Both the position numbers and the translations under genes were made by a program. The notes under the pieces are model-generated. The model did no database searches. It was not told where the DNA came from and saw only the letters and a program-made list of their open reading frames with translations. DNA of 64,000 nt from Candidatus Parcubacteria bacterium (GTDB taxonomy: Bacteria > Patescibacteriota > Patescibacteriia > Patescibacteriales > UBA12075): contig CAWFCE010000002.1 of the NCBI GenBank assembly GCA_963814275.1, positions 811,263 to 875,262 of the forward strand. The letters are read 5' to 3'. Positions within the stretch are counted from its first letter, which is position 1; each line of letters opens with the position of its first letter. This document shows, one piece after another, positions 7,369 through 17,461 of this stretch.

Positions 7369-7737
7369 TTGCTGGTTTTCCTCCGACAAATAGTGACCAA
7401 ATACGACGTCAGGAGATGCGTACCGCCGGTCGGTATCAACGTCACCGCCTTTTGCATGTGCGGTATCCCCGGGGAAACCGTTTCCGATATGTATGCTACA
7501 TATGATTTTAAAGTCCGCTGCGGCTTTGACAGTGCGTCATTTTTTGCCGCCACCCCGATGATCGGTTCGGAATTATTGGAAATTTGCCGCAAAAATAATT
7601 ATTTGAATAAAAATTATAGCAAGGTGCGTAATTTCTTGAAATTAGGCAATATCACCACCACCGAATTCAAATCTGCCGAAGTCGAGTCGTTGGTCAAAAA
7701 GTTCTACAGACAATACAAAAAAACGATAAAAGGATAA
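7369..7737 (+). pseudogene. C-terminal stub of a B12-binding-type (class B) radical SAM enzyme
   Basis: FCMCGIPGETVSDMYATYDF...DSASFFAATPMIGSEL matches the '[FL]-x-x-G-x-PGET...F-x-x-TP-x-PG[ST]' C-terminal half of class B rSAMs. No B12 domain or Cys triad lies upstream, because the NTP-transferase gene ends at 7331. Confidence 0.55.
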
Positions 7738-7870
7738 AAAGATTCGAAACCGGTAAATATTAATAATAATTGATAATTCTAACAATAATATAATATATTT
7801 ATGATAATAATAAAATAAGTAATATTAAATTATTTTTTTACTAATTTTTAATTAAAATCGCAGTTAACAC

Positions 7871-7899
7871 TTGACAAAATTATAAATAAGTAGTAATAT
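7871..7899 (+). promoter_or_regulatory. Candidate sigma70-type promoter (TTGACA-17 nt-TAATAT)
   Basis: TTGACA lies at 7871-7876 and TAATAT at 7894-7899, exactly 17 nt apart. A strong RBS (AAGAGAGGAGAG) precedes the 7988 ATG. Confidence 0.5.
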
Positions 7900-7987
7900 A
7901 TATTTACCATATTTAAAGATATGTTCAATTGTTTTTTACATAAACCAAATAATAACCCAAAACCCGGACTAAGAGAGGAGAGAAATC

Positions 7988-8701
7988 ATGAAAAAATGGC
8001 AGATTTTGGCAGTAGTGATTATTTCGGCAATAACGATTTGGACGACAGCGCTGGCGCAAAATGAAACCCCCTGGTATGAGAAGCTAGATTACGTGATCAA
8101 CACGAACAATGGTCAGACATACCATGTCAAATATGAGAAGTCTGACCTCAAGCCGTTGCAGGTCGATTTCTATGACCCGTATACGAGCAAACGTCTGACT
8201 GATGCCGATGTTGCGTCATACAAGGTACGGACTCCCGAGCTAGAGAAAACATTTCTTGACTTTCTCTATAAGGAAGTCCACTATGCCGTCGATACGAATA
8301 AAGATGGTAAGCCCGATGTCCTACATACCGTCAAGATGATGCCCACACGGTACGTCAACAATGATTTTATCAAGGCCTTTGGATCACAGGGCCTTCTGGA
8401 TGAAATCCGTAAGGCTGTGGAGCAGGGACTTGATGTGAACAAAGTTTCGTTTACTAAGGAGAGGCAGGTCCTGGTGACTGTTAAAGTCGATACCCCTCCT
8501 TTTGATGGTATACCCGATTATGCAGTCTGGGATATCAGGCACAACGTCCCCAAGGGGGAGGACAATTACGGCGGTGATGGCCAGCCGGATGATATCATCA
8601 AGCTGGCAGATATGCCGAAAACCCCCGCCCCGCATACACCGGCTCCCGAGCCGGCACCAACGTTCCCTCCGGATATTAAATTCCGGAATATCAATTTGTA
8701 A
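7988..8701 (+). CDS. Secreted hypothetical protein with a Pro-rich C-terminus
   Basis: Signal peptide MKKWQILAVVIISAITIWTTALA|QN. The tail is PKTPAPHTPAPEPAPTFPP. A good SD sequence and a terminator follow. Confidence 0.7.
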   Translation: MKKWQILAVVIISAITIWTTALAQNETPWYEKLDYVINTNNGQTYHVKYEKSDLKPLQVDFYDPYTSKRLTDADVASYKVRTPELEKTFLDFLYKEVHYAVDTNKDGKPDVLHTVKMMPTRYVNNDFIKAFGSQGLLDEIRKAVEQGLDVNKVSFTKERQVLVTVKVDTPPFDGIPDYAVWDIRHNVPKGEDNYGGDGQPDDIIKLADMPKTPAPHTPAPEPAPTFPPDIKFRNINL

Positions 8702-8712
8702 AAGGTTTTTCC

Positions 8713-8750
8713 AAGGCCGGAGCTACATTCAGTAGTTCCGGCCTTTTCTT
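8713..8750 (+). terminator. Rho-independent terminator
   Basis: AAGGCCGGAGCTAC-ATTCA-GTAGTTCCGGCCTT forms a 14-bp stem with one G-U pair, followed by TTCTT. Confidence 0.8.
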
Positions 8751-8830
8751 GTCTTAAAACACCAAAAATGATAAGATAGTTACATATTTTATTTTAATAG
8801 ATTTGCTAATATTAAAAATAAATTAATATA

Positions 8831-10036
8831 ATGAAATATCCGGAAAACGAAAAGAAAGATGCTTGCATTGGGTTTATTTGCGAGTATCCCTTCCATTATT
8901 ATTTGTATAAGAATATATATAAATATTTGAAAAATGCTGAATTTATTCTGACGAATGAAATATATCCCGCCAACGAATACTACGACAACAAATTAAGGGA
9001 AATGGCCGATTTTTATTCCCATTTCGATATACATTGGCGGATATTTTCGAATCGGGATAAAAGACCGGAGCTGTTTTTCTCAAAATACAAGTTGTTGATC
9101 GCCCCTTTGTATAAAGGCTGTATCAGAAGGAAGTATAATATCGATAAAAAAAAGGTGAGGGTCTTGTATGGTCCGGGGAAAGATTTGGTCGACTACGGCA
9201 TCGGTAATTGCTATTTCGACCTGATTCTGGCGTATGGCGAACATTCCCGGCGCCAACTGAGTATTTATACTGTGGCGAAAAACGTCGGTTATCCGAAATA
9301 TGATGATTGGTATAACGGGGAAATCGATAAAGAAAGTGTCGCGGCGGTCAAAAAACGCCTTGATAGCCATAAAAAAACCGTATTATACGCGCCGACATAC
9401 GGTAAGTTTTCTTCGATTGATGAATTTGGCGATAATATTATCGATTTAGCCGAACGGTTCAATCTAATCGTAAAATTCCATCATATTTCTCTCTGGGATG
9501 AAAAAACGAGGATCAAGAAATTTTTTGACGCCAGGAATATAATTATTTTTCCGGATGAGCAGAACATAATGCCCCTGTTAGCTCACTCGGATATCGTGGT
9601 CAGTGATAATAGCGGCGCGATTTTCGAGGCGGTATTGGTTGATAAGCCGGTGATCTTGTTGGGCAAACCGGAGAACGAAATTCTGAACGATCTGGGCTCA
9701 ACCAAGGTAAAAAGAAAATTATTACAGCCAGCCTTGACCTATAGCGGCAGTATCGAGCAGACTATCAGGCGTCCGGGGCGGGAAATAGGAATAGTAGTCG
9801 AAAAATCCGGTGATTTGGGTCAAAGCGTAACCATGGCTCTGGCGGGCGACCCGAATATTACCGAGCGAAGGCGAAAGTTAAGGGATAAATTATTTTCCCG
9901 TTTGGACGGAAAAGCCGGTTTCCGTGCGGCTAATGAGATAGCGAAATTATTGAGCCAGGCCGAACTTAAAGAAAAATTTCTGGCGGTAGCGGTAAAATCG
10001 TATATCAATAACCTGCTGGATAATCAAAAAAATTAA
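8831..10036 (+). CDS. CDP-glycerol/CDP-alcohol glycerophosphotransferase family protein (TagB/TagF-like)
   Basis: KKTVLYAPTYGKF, LIVKFHHIS and LLAHSDIVVSDNSGAIFEAVLVDKPVILL match the TagF-family motifs (YAPTxR, xHP, [TS]DxSSxxFE...KP[IV]I). Confidence 0.65.
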   Translation: MKYPENEKKDACIGFICEYPFHYYLYKNIYKYLKNAEFILTNEIYPANEYYDNKLREMADFYSHFDIHWRIFSNRDKRPELFFSKYKLLIAPLYKGCIRRKYNIDKKKVRVLYGPGKDLVDYGIGNCYFDLILAYGEHSRRQLSIYTVAKNVGYPKYDDWYNGEIDKESVAAVKKRLDSHKKTVLYAPTYGKFSSIDEFGDNIIDLAERFNLIVKFHHISLWDEKTRIKKFFDARNIIIFPDEQNIMPLLAHSDIVVSDNSGAIFEAVLVDKPVILLGKPENEILNDLGSTKVKRKLLQPALTYSGSIEQTIRRPGREIGIVVEKSGDLGQSVTMALAGDPNITERRRKLRDKLFSRLDGKAGFRAANEIAKLLSQAELKEKFLAVAVKSYINNLLDNQKN

Positions 10037-10074
10037 ATAATAATTTATTTATTATTTCCGTCAATAACCGTTAT

Positions 10075-11655
10075 ATGGAAATGAAATTGGTTTTTTTCCT
10101 GCCATTTTATAACATTCCGCAGCATGACCTCGTTTCGTGGCTGCCGCTATCCGCACCCAATCTGATCGGCAACATTAAAAAAGATTTTCCCACAGTCGGT
10201 TTTTCGGTTATCGAACTGCACAAACTTTTTAAAGAGGTATTTACCGGCCGGGAAATGGAAAATTTACGTAAAGATCTGTATAGATTCTTCAAAACCAATC
10301 CAACGGCCAAAGACCTGGAATTTTATGAGAAATATTTCAAACAGATCGATAAAATCCTGGATCTGGGGCAATATGATCATTTCCTTTTTTCCCATTATTG
10401 CGCCTGGATAATCGGCATTAAAGCGAATATGCTTTTTGCCAGGTATTTGAAAAATAAATATCCTGACAAAAAAATAATTTTTGGCGGAGTTTACGGCTTC
10501 GGCAAGAATTACGACAAATGTTCTTTTGAGGAATTTGGTTATATCGATGCTACTGTAGTCGGCTATGGTGAAAATTCCGCCAAAGAAATATTGCGTAGTT
10601 TGCTGGCCGGTAAAAAACTGAAAAAACTTTATTGCACTTATACTCCGCCGCACGAAGTGATAGAGAATTTGCCGGATTATCATTCCATCATAGATTTGGA
10701 TAAATCCAGATATAATGCCGCTCAACTTGAGAAATTATATAATATCGAGCTGCCCCGCAGCCGTAGCAGGGAAAGGGTATTGTTTATTCCTTATAAATTC
10801 AATATCGGGTGCAATTGGCAGAATTGCGCATATTGCCGGCAGTCCTATGGCATCAATTTCAAGCCAAGACCGGCATATTACACCAAGGACCATCAGACAA
10901 TAATTTCCGAATTGAAATATTTGAAAAAAACATATAAATCGGATTATTTCATATTCAAAAGCAATAATTTCAATATCAGCCTCGGGTGGTGTAAAAAATT
11001 ACTTAGCCGGATGATCGATGAAAAGCTGGATATACTTTGGTCCGATTCATTCAACCTGAGCGTAATTGACGATGAACTGCTGGAGATGTTGGCGGCAGCG
11101 GGATGCTTTCGCATGGACCTGGGAGTGACTACCCTGAACCCAAATCTTCAAAAAATGTACAATAATCGTTTGCAGGACAATGGATTGCTGGAAAATCTCA
11201 AAAAAATATCTTCACATGGGATTTGGACACATATCAATTTGATAGTTAATCTGCCCTTCCAGTATTCGATTGATGGTGAAATAGAAACTCTGAAAAAATA
11301 TATCGCTTACATTGACGGTGTAGCTATAAATAATTACCGCCGCACGCCTGATACGGATATCAGCATCAATTACAAAAAATATAAAATAGACAAAATACAT
11401 GTCGAATTCAAAGAAAATAATAAGCGGTATTATTTGTATTATATCGAAAATGAATTCAAGGGCGGACTGGAACTGAGAAAAAAGATGTTCGCCGCCAATC
11501 ATTTTAAAATGATAAATTTTTTCAAAGATCAGGGGCTCATCAATACAGCTGATTATGCACATTTGTATTTATTGGGGTATTTATACAAGCAATTCGGTTT
11601 TAAGGAAAAAACAAAGATCAAGAGGATTATTACTGAAGCTAAGCCTAAATATTGA
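10075..11655 (+). CDS. B12-binding-domain (class B-like) radical SAM enzyme with a Cx4Cx2C cluster motif
   Basis: The N-terminal Rossmann-like segment (KKIIFGGVYGF...IDATVVGYGENSAKEIL) resembles a cobalamin-binding domain. The cluster motif IGCNWQNCAYC has Cys246/251/254, encoded at nt 10810-10836. Confidence 0.65.
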   Translation: MEMKLVFFLPFYNIPQHDLVSWLPLSAPNLIGNIKKDFPTVGFSVIELHKLFKEVFTGREMENLRKDLYRFFKTNPTAKDLEFYEKYFKQIDKILDLGQYDHFLFSHYCAWIIGIKANMLFARYLKNKYPDKKIIFGGVYGFGKNYDKCSFEEFGYIDATVVGYGENSAKEILRSLLAGKKLKKLYCTYTPPHEVIENLPDYHSIIDLDKSRYNAAQLEKLYNIELPRSRSRERVLFIPYKFNIGCNWQNCAYCRQSYGINFKPRPAYYTKDHQTIISELKYLKKTYKSDYFIFKSNNFNISLGWCKKLLSRMIDEKLDILWSDSFNLSVIDDELLEMLAAAGCFRMDLGVTTLNPNLQKMYNNRLQDNGLLENLKKISSHGIWTHINLIVNLPFQYSIDGEIETLKKYIAYIDGVAINNYRRTPDTDISINYKKYKIDKIHVEFKENNKRYYLYYIENEFKGGLELRKKMFAANHFKMINFFKDQGLINTADYAHLYLLGYLYKQFGFKEKTKIKRIITEAKPKY

Positions 11656-11679
11656 TATGAAACATCCGGTATATATAAT

Positions 11680-12789
11680 ATGAATAATTCTCAACAAAAA
11701 AGATTGGAAAAATATACCCGGTTAAGGATTCAAACGATAGACGACGGGATCATAAGGTCGGGTCCGGATTTTGTTCGGATCGGGGTATGCCAGAAATGCA
11801 ATTTCGATTGTGTGATGTGTTGGCACCATTCGTCGTTTTTCGAAAACAACCGGGAAAATAGGGGCAAAACCGAATTATTGGATGAGAACATAATTTTCGA
11901 CACGATTAACGAAGCGGAAAAAATGGGGACGCGGGGGATTTTATTTTCCGGGTCCGGCGAGCCATTCCTGCATCCGAAGATGATGGATTTTTTAAAAGTC
12001 GCCAAAGGAAAGGGTTTTCGGGTAAGAGTGCAAACAAACCTCTCCTTGGTCAGCGATCCGTCACTTTTGGCCAAATTAAAAGTCGATGTTATTGCGGTCA
12101 ATTTATGTGCGGCGACAGCCGATACATACGTCAAGATCCATCCCAACCAGAAAAAAAGCGGTTTCAAAAGAACGCTTGCAAAAATGGAAGAGTTAATTGC
12201 CTGCTCAGATCCGGAAATAGAGATAAGAATGACGAATATAATTTCCAGATTGAACTATAATGAGATATGTGAAATGTTCAAGCTCGGTTATGACATGAAC
12301 GCAAGTTTGCACTTGGAATTAGCCGATTATTCTCCGGTGCTAAAAGACAAAATCGGATTGGATGAAATACAAAAAAAGGAAATTATCAGGCAGTTGGACT
12401 CTCTCGACGAAAAATATTTACTCTACAAGAAAACCAATTTGCCAGATTTTCGGGAACAGTTGGCGCATTCGGGAATCGGGTTAGTAAAATTCAAATCCTG
12501 CCTGATGGGCCATCTGTATGCCTTTGTAAACGAATATGGTAACGTTTATTTTTGTAATTACGGCGGGAATGAATATTTGATGGGCAATTTATATGAAAAT
12601 ACTTTATCGGAAATTTGGAATTCCCGTAAATATGAGGAATTGAGGGACAGGTTGTTTAAAGGAGTCGATGTATTGCCGGCATGTCAAAAATGCTTAAATG
12701 AGCGGGGTTGGAATTTCAAAACGCGATTTTTCGTGGACCCGGATATGGCGAAGTCCGTATTGAATGACGTCCTGGAAAGCATAAAATAG
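11680..12789 (+). CDS. Radical SAM protein with a C-terminal SPASM/twitch-like Cys motifs
   Basis: The triad is CQKCNFDCVMC and the SAM strand is FSGSGEPFLHP. The C-terminus has SCLMG...NVYFCNYGG...LPACQKCLN. Confidence 0.8.
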   Translation: MNNSQQKRLEKYTRLRIQTIDDGIIRSGPDFVRIGVCQKCNFDCVMCWHHSSFFENNRENRGKTELLDENIIFDTINEAEKMGTRGILFSGSGEPFLHPKMMDFLKVAKGKGFRVRVQTNLSLVSDPSLLAKLKVDVIAVNLCAATADTYVKIHPNQKKSGFKRTLAKMEELIACSDPEIEIRMTNIISRLNYNEICEMFKLGYDMNASLHLELADYSPVLKDKIGLDEIQKKEIIRQLDSLDEKYLLYKKTNLPDFREQLAHSGIGLVKFKSCLMGHLYAFVNEYGNVYFCNYGGNEYLMGNLYENTLSEIWNSRKYEELRDRLFKGVDVLPACQKCLNERGWNFKTRFFVDPDMAKSVLNDVLESIK

Positions 12790-12792
12790 ATT

Positions 12793-13917
12793 ATGATTTA
12801 TAGAAAATACGGAAAAACCAACAAAAAAATTTCGATATTGGGCCTGGGAGGGTCGAGATTCAGGATCGACGCGGGCGAAAGGAATTTCGATCGATCATTA
12901 AAATTGGTGAGAAAGGCATTCGAATCGGGAATAAATTTTTTCGATACCTCGCCGCATTATTGCCATGGCAGAAGCGAAGAAATATTCGGCGAAGCATTGT
13001 CGGGTATAAAAGGGAAATACTATATTTCCACCAAAAGCCGGGTTATAGAGGATCCGGATGCCGATTCGGTAAGAAGAAGAATAGAAAGCTCACTCAAAAG
13101 ATTGAAAAAGGAAAAAATCGATTTTTACGATATGTGGGCCGTATCGTCAATGGCGGAATTCCGAATGATTATGAAGAAAAAGGGTCCTTATGAGGGGGCG
13201 CTAAAAGCGAAAGATGAGGGGCTGGTCGACCATATTACATTTTCCAGCCGGCTGCCGGATAAAGAAATAATCGAAATGATCAAAAGCGGATATTTCGACG
13301 GTGTGACCCTGAGTTATAACATTATGAATTATCCGTCCAGCGAGAACGCGGTCAAGGAGGCCGCCCGGGCGGGGATGGGGGTCGCGATAATGAATCCGTT
13401 GAGCGGAGGAATCATACCCGGACATCCCGAGCGTTTCACTTTTTTACAGGGGAAAAATAGCGAGAGTATCGCCCAGGCTGCGTTGCATTTTGTCATGGCC
13501 ACTCCCGGTGTCACTACCGCTATTTGCGGTACGGGATCATTGGTGAATTTGGAAAGAAATATTGCCGCCGGCGGGAATAGAGGGATTTTGTCCGCCGGGA
13601 AACTTAAGGATTTAAAAAATAAAATCGATCACGGTCTTTTCGATATGTGCAACAGTTGTAACCGTTGCCTGGCGAGTTGTTCTCGCGGCATTCATATCCC
13701 CCTGCATATGGATATCTATAATTTGAAAATCATGAAGGAGGAGGATGAGGTCGTGGGGAAATATTTGTCAGACAAGAAGAAACATGCGCTTTACAGCAGT
13801 TATAAGCCAGGAACGAATTGCAACGGCTGCAGGGAATGCGAAAAAAAATGTCCGAAAAAATTGAATATATACGATAGATTAAGATATTTAAATGAATATA
13901 TAACAACGGACAAATGA
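12793..13917 (+). CDS. Aldo/keto reductase fused to a C-terminal 2x[4Fe-4S]-type ferredoxin motif
   Basis: The AKR N-terminus is YRKYGKTNKKISILGLGGSRF...GINFFDTSPHY. The C-terminal Cys motifs are CNSCNRCLASC and CNGCRECEKKCP. Confidence 0.75.
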   Translation: MIYRKYGKTNKKISILGLGGSRFRIDAGERNFDRSLKLVRKAFESGINFFDTSPHYCHGRSEEIFGEALSGIKGKYYISTKSRVIEDPDADSVRRRIESSLKRLKKEKIDFYDMWAVSSMAEFRMIMKKKGPYEGALKAKDEGLVDHITFSSRLPDKEIIEMIKSGYFDGVTLSYNIMNYPSSENAVKEAARAGMGVAIMNPLSGGIIPGHPERFTFLQGKNSESIAQAALHFVMATPGVTTAICGTGSLVNLERNIAAGGNRGILSAGKLKDLKNKIDHGLFDMCNSCNRCLASCSRGIHIPLHMDIYNLKIMKEEDEVVGKYLSDKKKHALYSSYKPGTNCNGCRECEKKCPKKLNIYDRLRYLNEYITTDK

Positions 13918-14843
13918 ACAGCAGAAAAGAAACTTACAATTTTACGCTTCCTAGCGGCATAGAGATCGAGCCTACTAATTTGTGCGATTTAAAATGCCCG
14001 TTATGTCCGAGCGGCAACGGGAAAATAGATGAGTGGCGCCTTCCCAGAGGCATGATGAATCTGCGGCAATTCAAAGATATTATCGATCAGGTGAAAAATT
14101 TCGTCAAATATATCGTATTGTGGGGCTTAGGGGAGCCAACCCTGGTTCCCGATTTGGATTTGATGATAGATTACGCCGCCGGCAATAAGATATCCGTTAT
14201 TACGAGTATCCACGGCAACCATGATAAAAAGTTGAACCGTAAATTGATGGAAGCCGAACCGTATAAGATAATCTTCGCGATAGACGGTTTAAGCCAGGAA
14301 ACTTACGGAATATACCGCCAGGGCGGGAATTTCGAGAAAGCTCTCAGTAATCTCAAAGATTGCGTTAACATCAAAAAAGAAACCGGCCAAAAATATCCGC
14401 TAATATATTGGCAGTTTATAGTTATGAAACACAACGAAAAAGAAATATCCGATCTGAAAAAAATGGCGGAAAAAATCGGGGTAGACGGCCTAATGCTGAA
14501 AAAATACGCATCGACCAGGGAAGATAAATTCAGGCCGGAGAACCCGGAATATATCAGGCACGAACCGGAAGAAGAGAAATATAAATGTAAGTTCTTGTTC
14601 GATAGACCGATGATATTCTTTAACGGTGATGTCAGTGCATGCAGCCATGATTTCAGGATGAAGCATATTATGGGAAATATTTTTAAGGAGCCATTCGCGG
14701 ATATATGGAACAATGATCGGTTCAGGAAATTCAGACATTCATATTTTGACAATTCCCTGTTCGAATGCCAAGGCTGCCGCGCAAGGTCTTATGCCGATCA
14801 TTTTATCGAATATACTTTTCCCGGAAAGAGGCGTAAAGGATAG
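13914..14843 (+). CDS. Radical SAM protein (SPASM/twitch-like C-terminus)
   Basis: The triad is NLCDLKCPLCPSG. LWGLGEPTL serves as the SAM strand. The C-terminus has FFNGDVSACSHD...FECQGCRA. The start overlaps the previous stop (ATGA). Confidence 0.8.
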   Translation: MNSRKETYNFTLPSGIEIEPTNLCDLKCPLCPSGNGKIDEWRLPRGMMNLRQFKDIIDQVKNFVKYIVLWGLGEPTLVPDLDLMIDYAAGNKISVITSIHGNHDKKLNRKLMEAEPYKIIFAIDGLSQETYGIYRQGGNFEKALSNLKDCVNIKKETGQKYPLIYWQFIVMKHNEKEISDLKKMAEKIGVDGLMLKKYASTREDKFRPENPEYIRHEPEEEKYKCKFLFDRPMIFFNGDVSACSHDFRMKHIMGNIFKEPFADIWNNDRFRKFRHSYFDNSLFECQGCRARSYADHFIEYTFPGKRRKG

Positions 14844-14897
14844 AATCTATTTGTATGCATTATCCAGCTATCAATTATTTCACACTTTACAATTAAT

Positions 14898-15974
14898 ATG
14901 AAAATCGAAAGGTTAAAATATTTGGAAAATATTTGGCGGCCGAAACCGGGTAAAAACGAAATGACACCGCGCCTGGGGAAACTGCGACTGGATTTTAACG
15001 AAAACCTGGATATGGAATTGGCCGGATTCTTATATAAAAAAATTTCAGCGGAGATAACCTCGGCGCATTTCGGCCTGTATCCCGATATCGAGCAATTGTA
15101 TTTTGGGATCGCCCGAAAATATGATTTAGCGATCGATCGAATATATTTATCAGCCGGTTCAGATGCTTCGATTCGCTCGGTATTCAATGTCTTTGTCGGC
15201 CGGAACGATAAAATTATTTTGCCAAATCCGACATTTTCCATGTATGAAGTCTATTGCCGGATCTTTCAGGCGCGTTGCCTTAAGATCGATTATGGTCGGG
15301 ATTTCATGTTACCGCTCGATAAATTATTCAAGGCGATCAAGGACGACGCTACCCTGCTGGTATTGCCGAATCCGGACAGTCCGTCGGGCAGCGTCATCGA
15401 CAGTGAAAAATTGGAGGAACTCGTGGATTATGCGGATAAATGTAACGTCATTACGTTGATAGATGAGGCATATTTTCCTTTTTACGGGAAAACAACCGTG
15501 AAGTGGGTGGACAAATTCGATAACTTGATCGTAATCAGATCATTTTCCAAAGCTTTTGGCTTGGCCGGTTTTCGGGTGGGTTATGCAGTCAGTAATCCGG
15601 CGATTATCAATCTGTTGCAGGCCCAAAAGCCGATGTGTGAGGTAAGCACCTTCGGTGTGATTGCGGCCGGTGTCGCCCTCGAATATGATAACCAGGTTAC
15701 CAAATCCGTACGGAGAATATATGCCGCCAAGAAATATTTTGTCAATGAATTGAAAAATCTCGGCTTCAAAGTAATTCCGGGGAATGCCAACTTCATTAAT
15801 GTCGATTTTGGCCGGCATACTGCCATGATTATGGACAAATTACGCAAGAATAATATTATCATCCACGAACCGCCGGAGAATAATCTATTGGGTGAATTTC
15901 AAAGGATTAGCATCGCCACCAAAGATATAATGGAGAGCGTAATCGCAGTCTTAAAAGGAAATAATAATAAGTAA
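14898..15974 (+). CDS. Class I/II PLP aminotransferase (HisC/CobD-like)
   Basis: LPNPDSPSGSV corresponds to the N-P-x-N-P-T-G region. RSFSKAFGLAGFRVGY carries the PLP-lysine motif S-x-S-K-x-x-G-x-x-G-x-R-x-G. Confidence 0.8.
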   Translation: MKIERLKYLENIWRPKPGKNEMTPRLGKLRLDFNENLDMELAGFLYKKISAEITSAHFGLYPDIEQLYFGIARKYDLAIDRIYLSAGSDASIRSVFNVFVGRNDKIILPNPTFSMYEVYCRIFQARCLKIDYGRDFMLPLDKLFKAIKDDATLLVLPNPDSPSGSVIDSEKLEELVDYADKCNVITLIDEAYFPFYGKTTVKWVDKFDNLIVIRSFSKAFGLAGFRVGYAVSNPAIINLLQAQKPMCEVSTFGVIAAGVALEYDNQVTKSVRRIYAAKKYFVNELKNLGFKVIPGNANFINVDFGRHTAMIMDKLRKNNIIIHEPPENNLLGEFQRISIATKDIMESVIAVLKGNNNK

Positions 15975-15984
15975 TTATAATCGA

Positions 15985-17451
15985 ATGAACGGTCGTATGG
16001 CAACAAAAACTGGAAAAAAGATCGTTAAAATTCACGATATTACCGATTTCGAAAAATTCATTCATAACAGGGAGCTAGCGCTCAAGGCTGAAAGCGATAT
16101 TGAAATCTGTGCGAATCCGGAAATATTTTCAAGCATATATAATATTCTGAATATGTTATGGGCAAAAAATGTCCGAAAAGTCGATTTGGTTTTTACCGAA
16201 GAACTAATCAGGAAATCCGGTATAAAAAAGTTGGCTGCCAGATTTTCCGGCCTACGCTATTACTTTCTGGATAAATTGATATTGAGGGCGGCGAATATAC
16301 CATATTGCCTGATCAAACAGCCGGAGGGAGTAATATTTTGGCAGGGGAAAAAGGGAGAATTCGTTAAATTTAATCTTTGCCGGATATGCAAGTACCGCCA
16401 GTTCTGCCGCGGTGTGCACAGATCGATTTCCGATATCCATATCAGGGAAATTTTGCGAACTGTTCCTGATCGGCCCCGGGAAGTGATGATTGAGATTGAA
16501 GAAAAATGTAATTTGAATTGCGAATTCTGTTTTAACAAAAATAGTTTTGCCAAACGCGGCAGAAATGTCGAAAACAAACTTAGTACATCAATTGTTAAAA
16601 ATATAATAGACAGCATAGCGGACGCCGATATCGGAACCGTCAGGTTTACGGGAGGAGAGCCGTTACTCAGGAGCGATATTTGGGAGCTGGCGGAATTTGG
16701 CAAGAAAAGAAACCTGGAAGTCCGGCTGAATACGAACGGCATACTGATAAAAGATTACGCAACAGCCGAAAAAATCGCCGTTAATTTCGATAACATTTTA
16801 ATACCGATTCAGTATTCGGATATATCGATGGGGAATAATGCCGCGAAAATTAAACTTAAGGGGATTAAACTGCTCAAAAAAGCGGGTGCCAAGACAATCC
16901 GTATCGGCACGGTCGCCACTAATGAAGTTATAGATAATTTAACCCAAGTCCACGCCTTCGTCAAAAAACTACCAATCGATAAATGGGAATTATACCGGAC
17001 GATCGCTGCCCCCGGCCGCCATACCGGATATACCAGATCCCGGGTGGCAACGCTGGTTGAAGGGCTGATAAAGATCAAAAACGAAACCGGAGTTGTCCAT
17101 TATATAATAAATGCCATCCCTTTTTGTAGTTATAATCCATTAAAAATGCGGCAGGTCGCCGCCGGCGCCAATGCCGTAGACGGGCACGAAAGGTTCGTTA
17201 TCGATCCGCGCGGATTTGCGAAACCGATATATTATATGGACAGGAATATCGGCGAACCGGGTGATATTATGGGCGCCTGGAACCACCAATTCATGAAAAA
17301 AATGAGAACCCTGAAGTTTGTTCCGAAAGAATGCAAGGATTGCGTTTTTATTGAAAAATGCCGTGGTGGTTGTCGGTTTTCCGCCTATTCCGAAAACGGA
17401 AATTTTTCCGCGCCGGATCCTCTGATGGATGCCCGTAATATTATCAAGTGA
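15985..17451 (+). CDS. Radical SAM/SPASM protein with a ~160-aa N-terminal extension
   Basis: The triad is EEKCNLNCEFCFN and the SAM strand is RFTGGEPLLR. The SPASM end is PFCSYNP...CKDCVFIEKCRGGCRFSAY. An extra CRICKYRQFC motif sits before the core. Confidence 0.8.
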   Translation: MNGRMATKTGKKIVKIHDITDFEKFIHNRELALKAESDIEICANPEIFSSIYNILNMLWAKNVRKVDLVFTEELIRKSGIKKLAARFSGLRYYFLDKLILRAANIPYCLIKQPEGVIFWQGKKGEFVKFNLCRICKYRQFCRGVHRSISDIHIREILRTVPDRPREVMIEIEEKCNLNCEFCFNKNSFAKRGRNVENKLSTSIVKNIIDSIADADIGTVRFTGGEPLLRSDIWELAEFGKKRNLEVRLNTNGILIKDYATAEKIAVNFDNILIPIQYSDISMGNNAAKIKLKGIKLLKKAGAKTIRIGTVATNEVIDNLTQVHAFVKKLPIDKWELYRTIAAPGRHTGYTRSRVATLVEGLIKIKNETGVVHYIINAIPFCSYNPLKMRQVAAGANAVDGHERFVIDPRGFAKPIYYMDRNIGEPGDIMGAWNHQFMKKMRTLKFVPKECKDCVFIEKCRGGCRFSAYSENGNFSAPDPLMDARNIIK

Positions 17452-17461
17452 TTATAATCGT

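Noticed and set aside
8790-8830. TTGCTA-18 nt-TATAAT promoter-like match upstream of the TagF-like gene
   Set aside because: The -10 hexamer overlaps the ATG at 8831, so transcription would start inside the gene. It is probably a chance match in AT-rich sequence.
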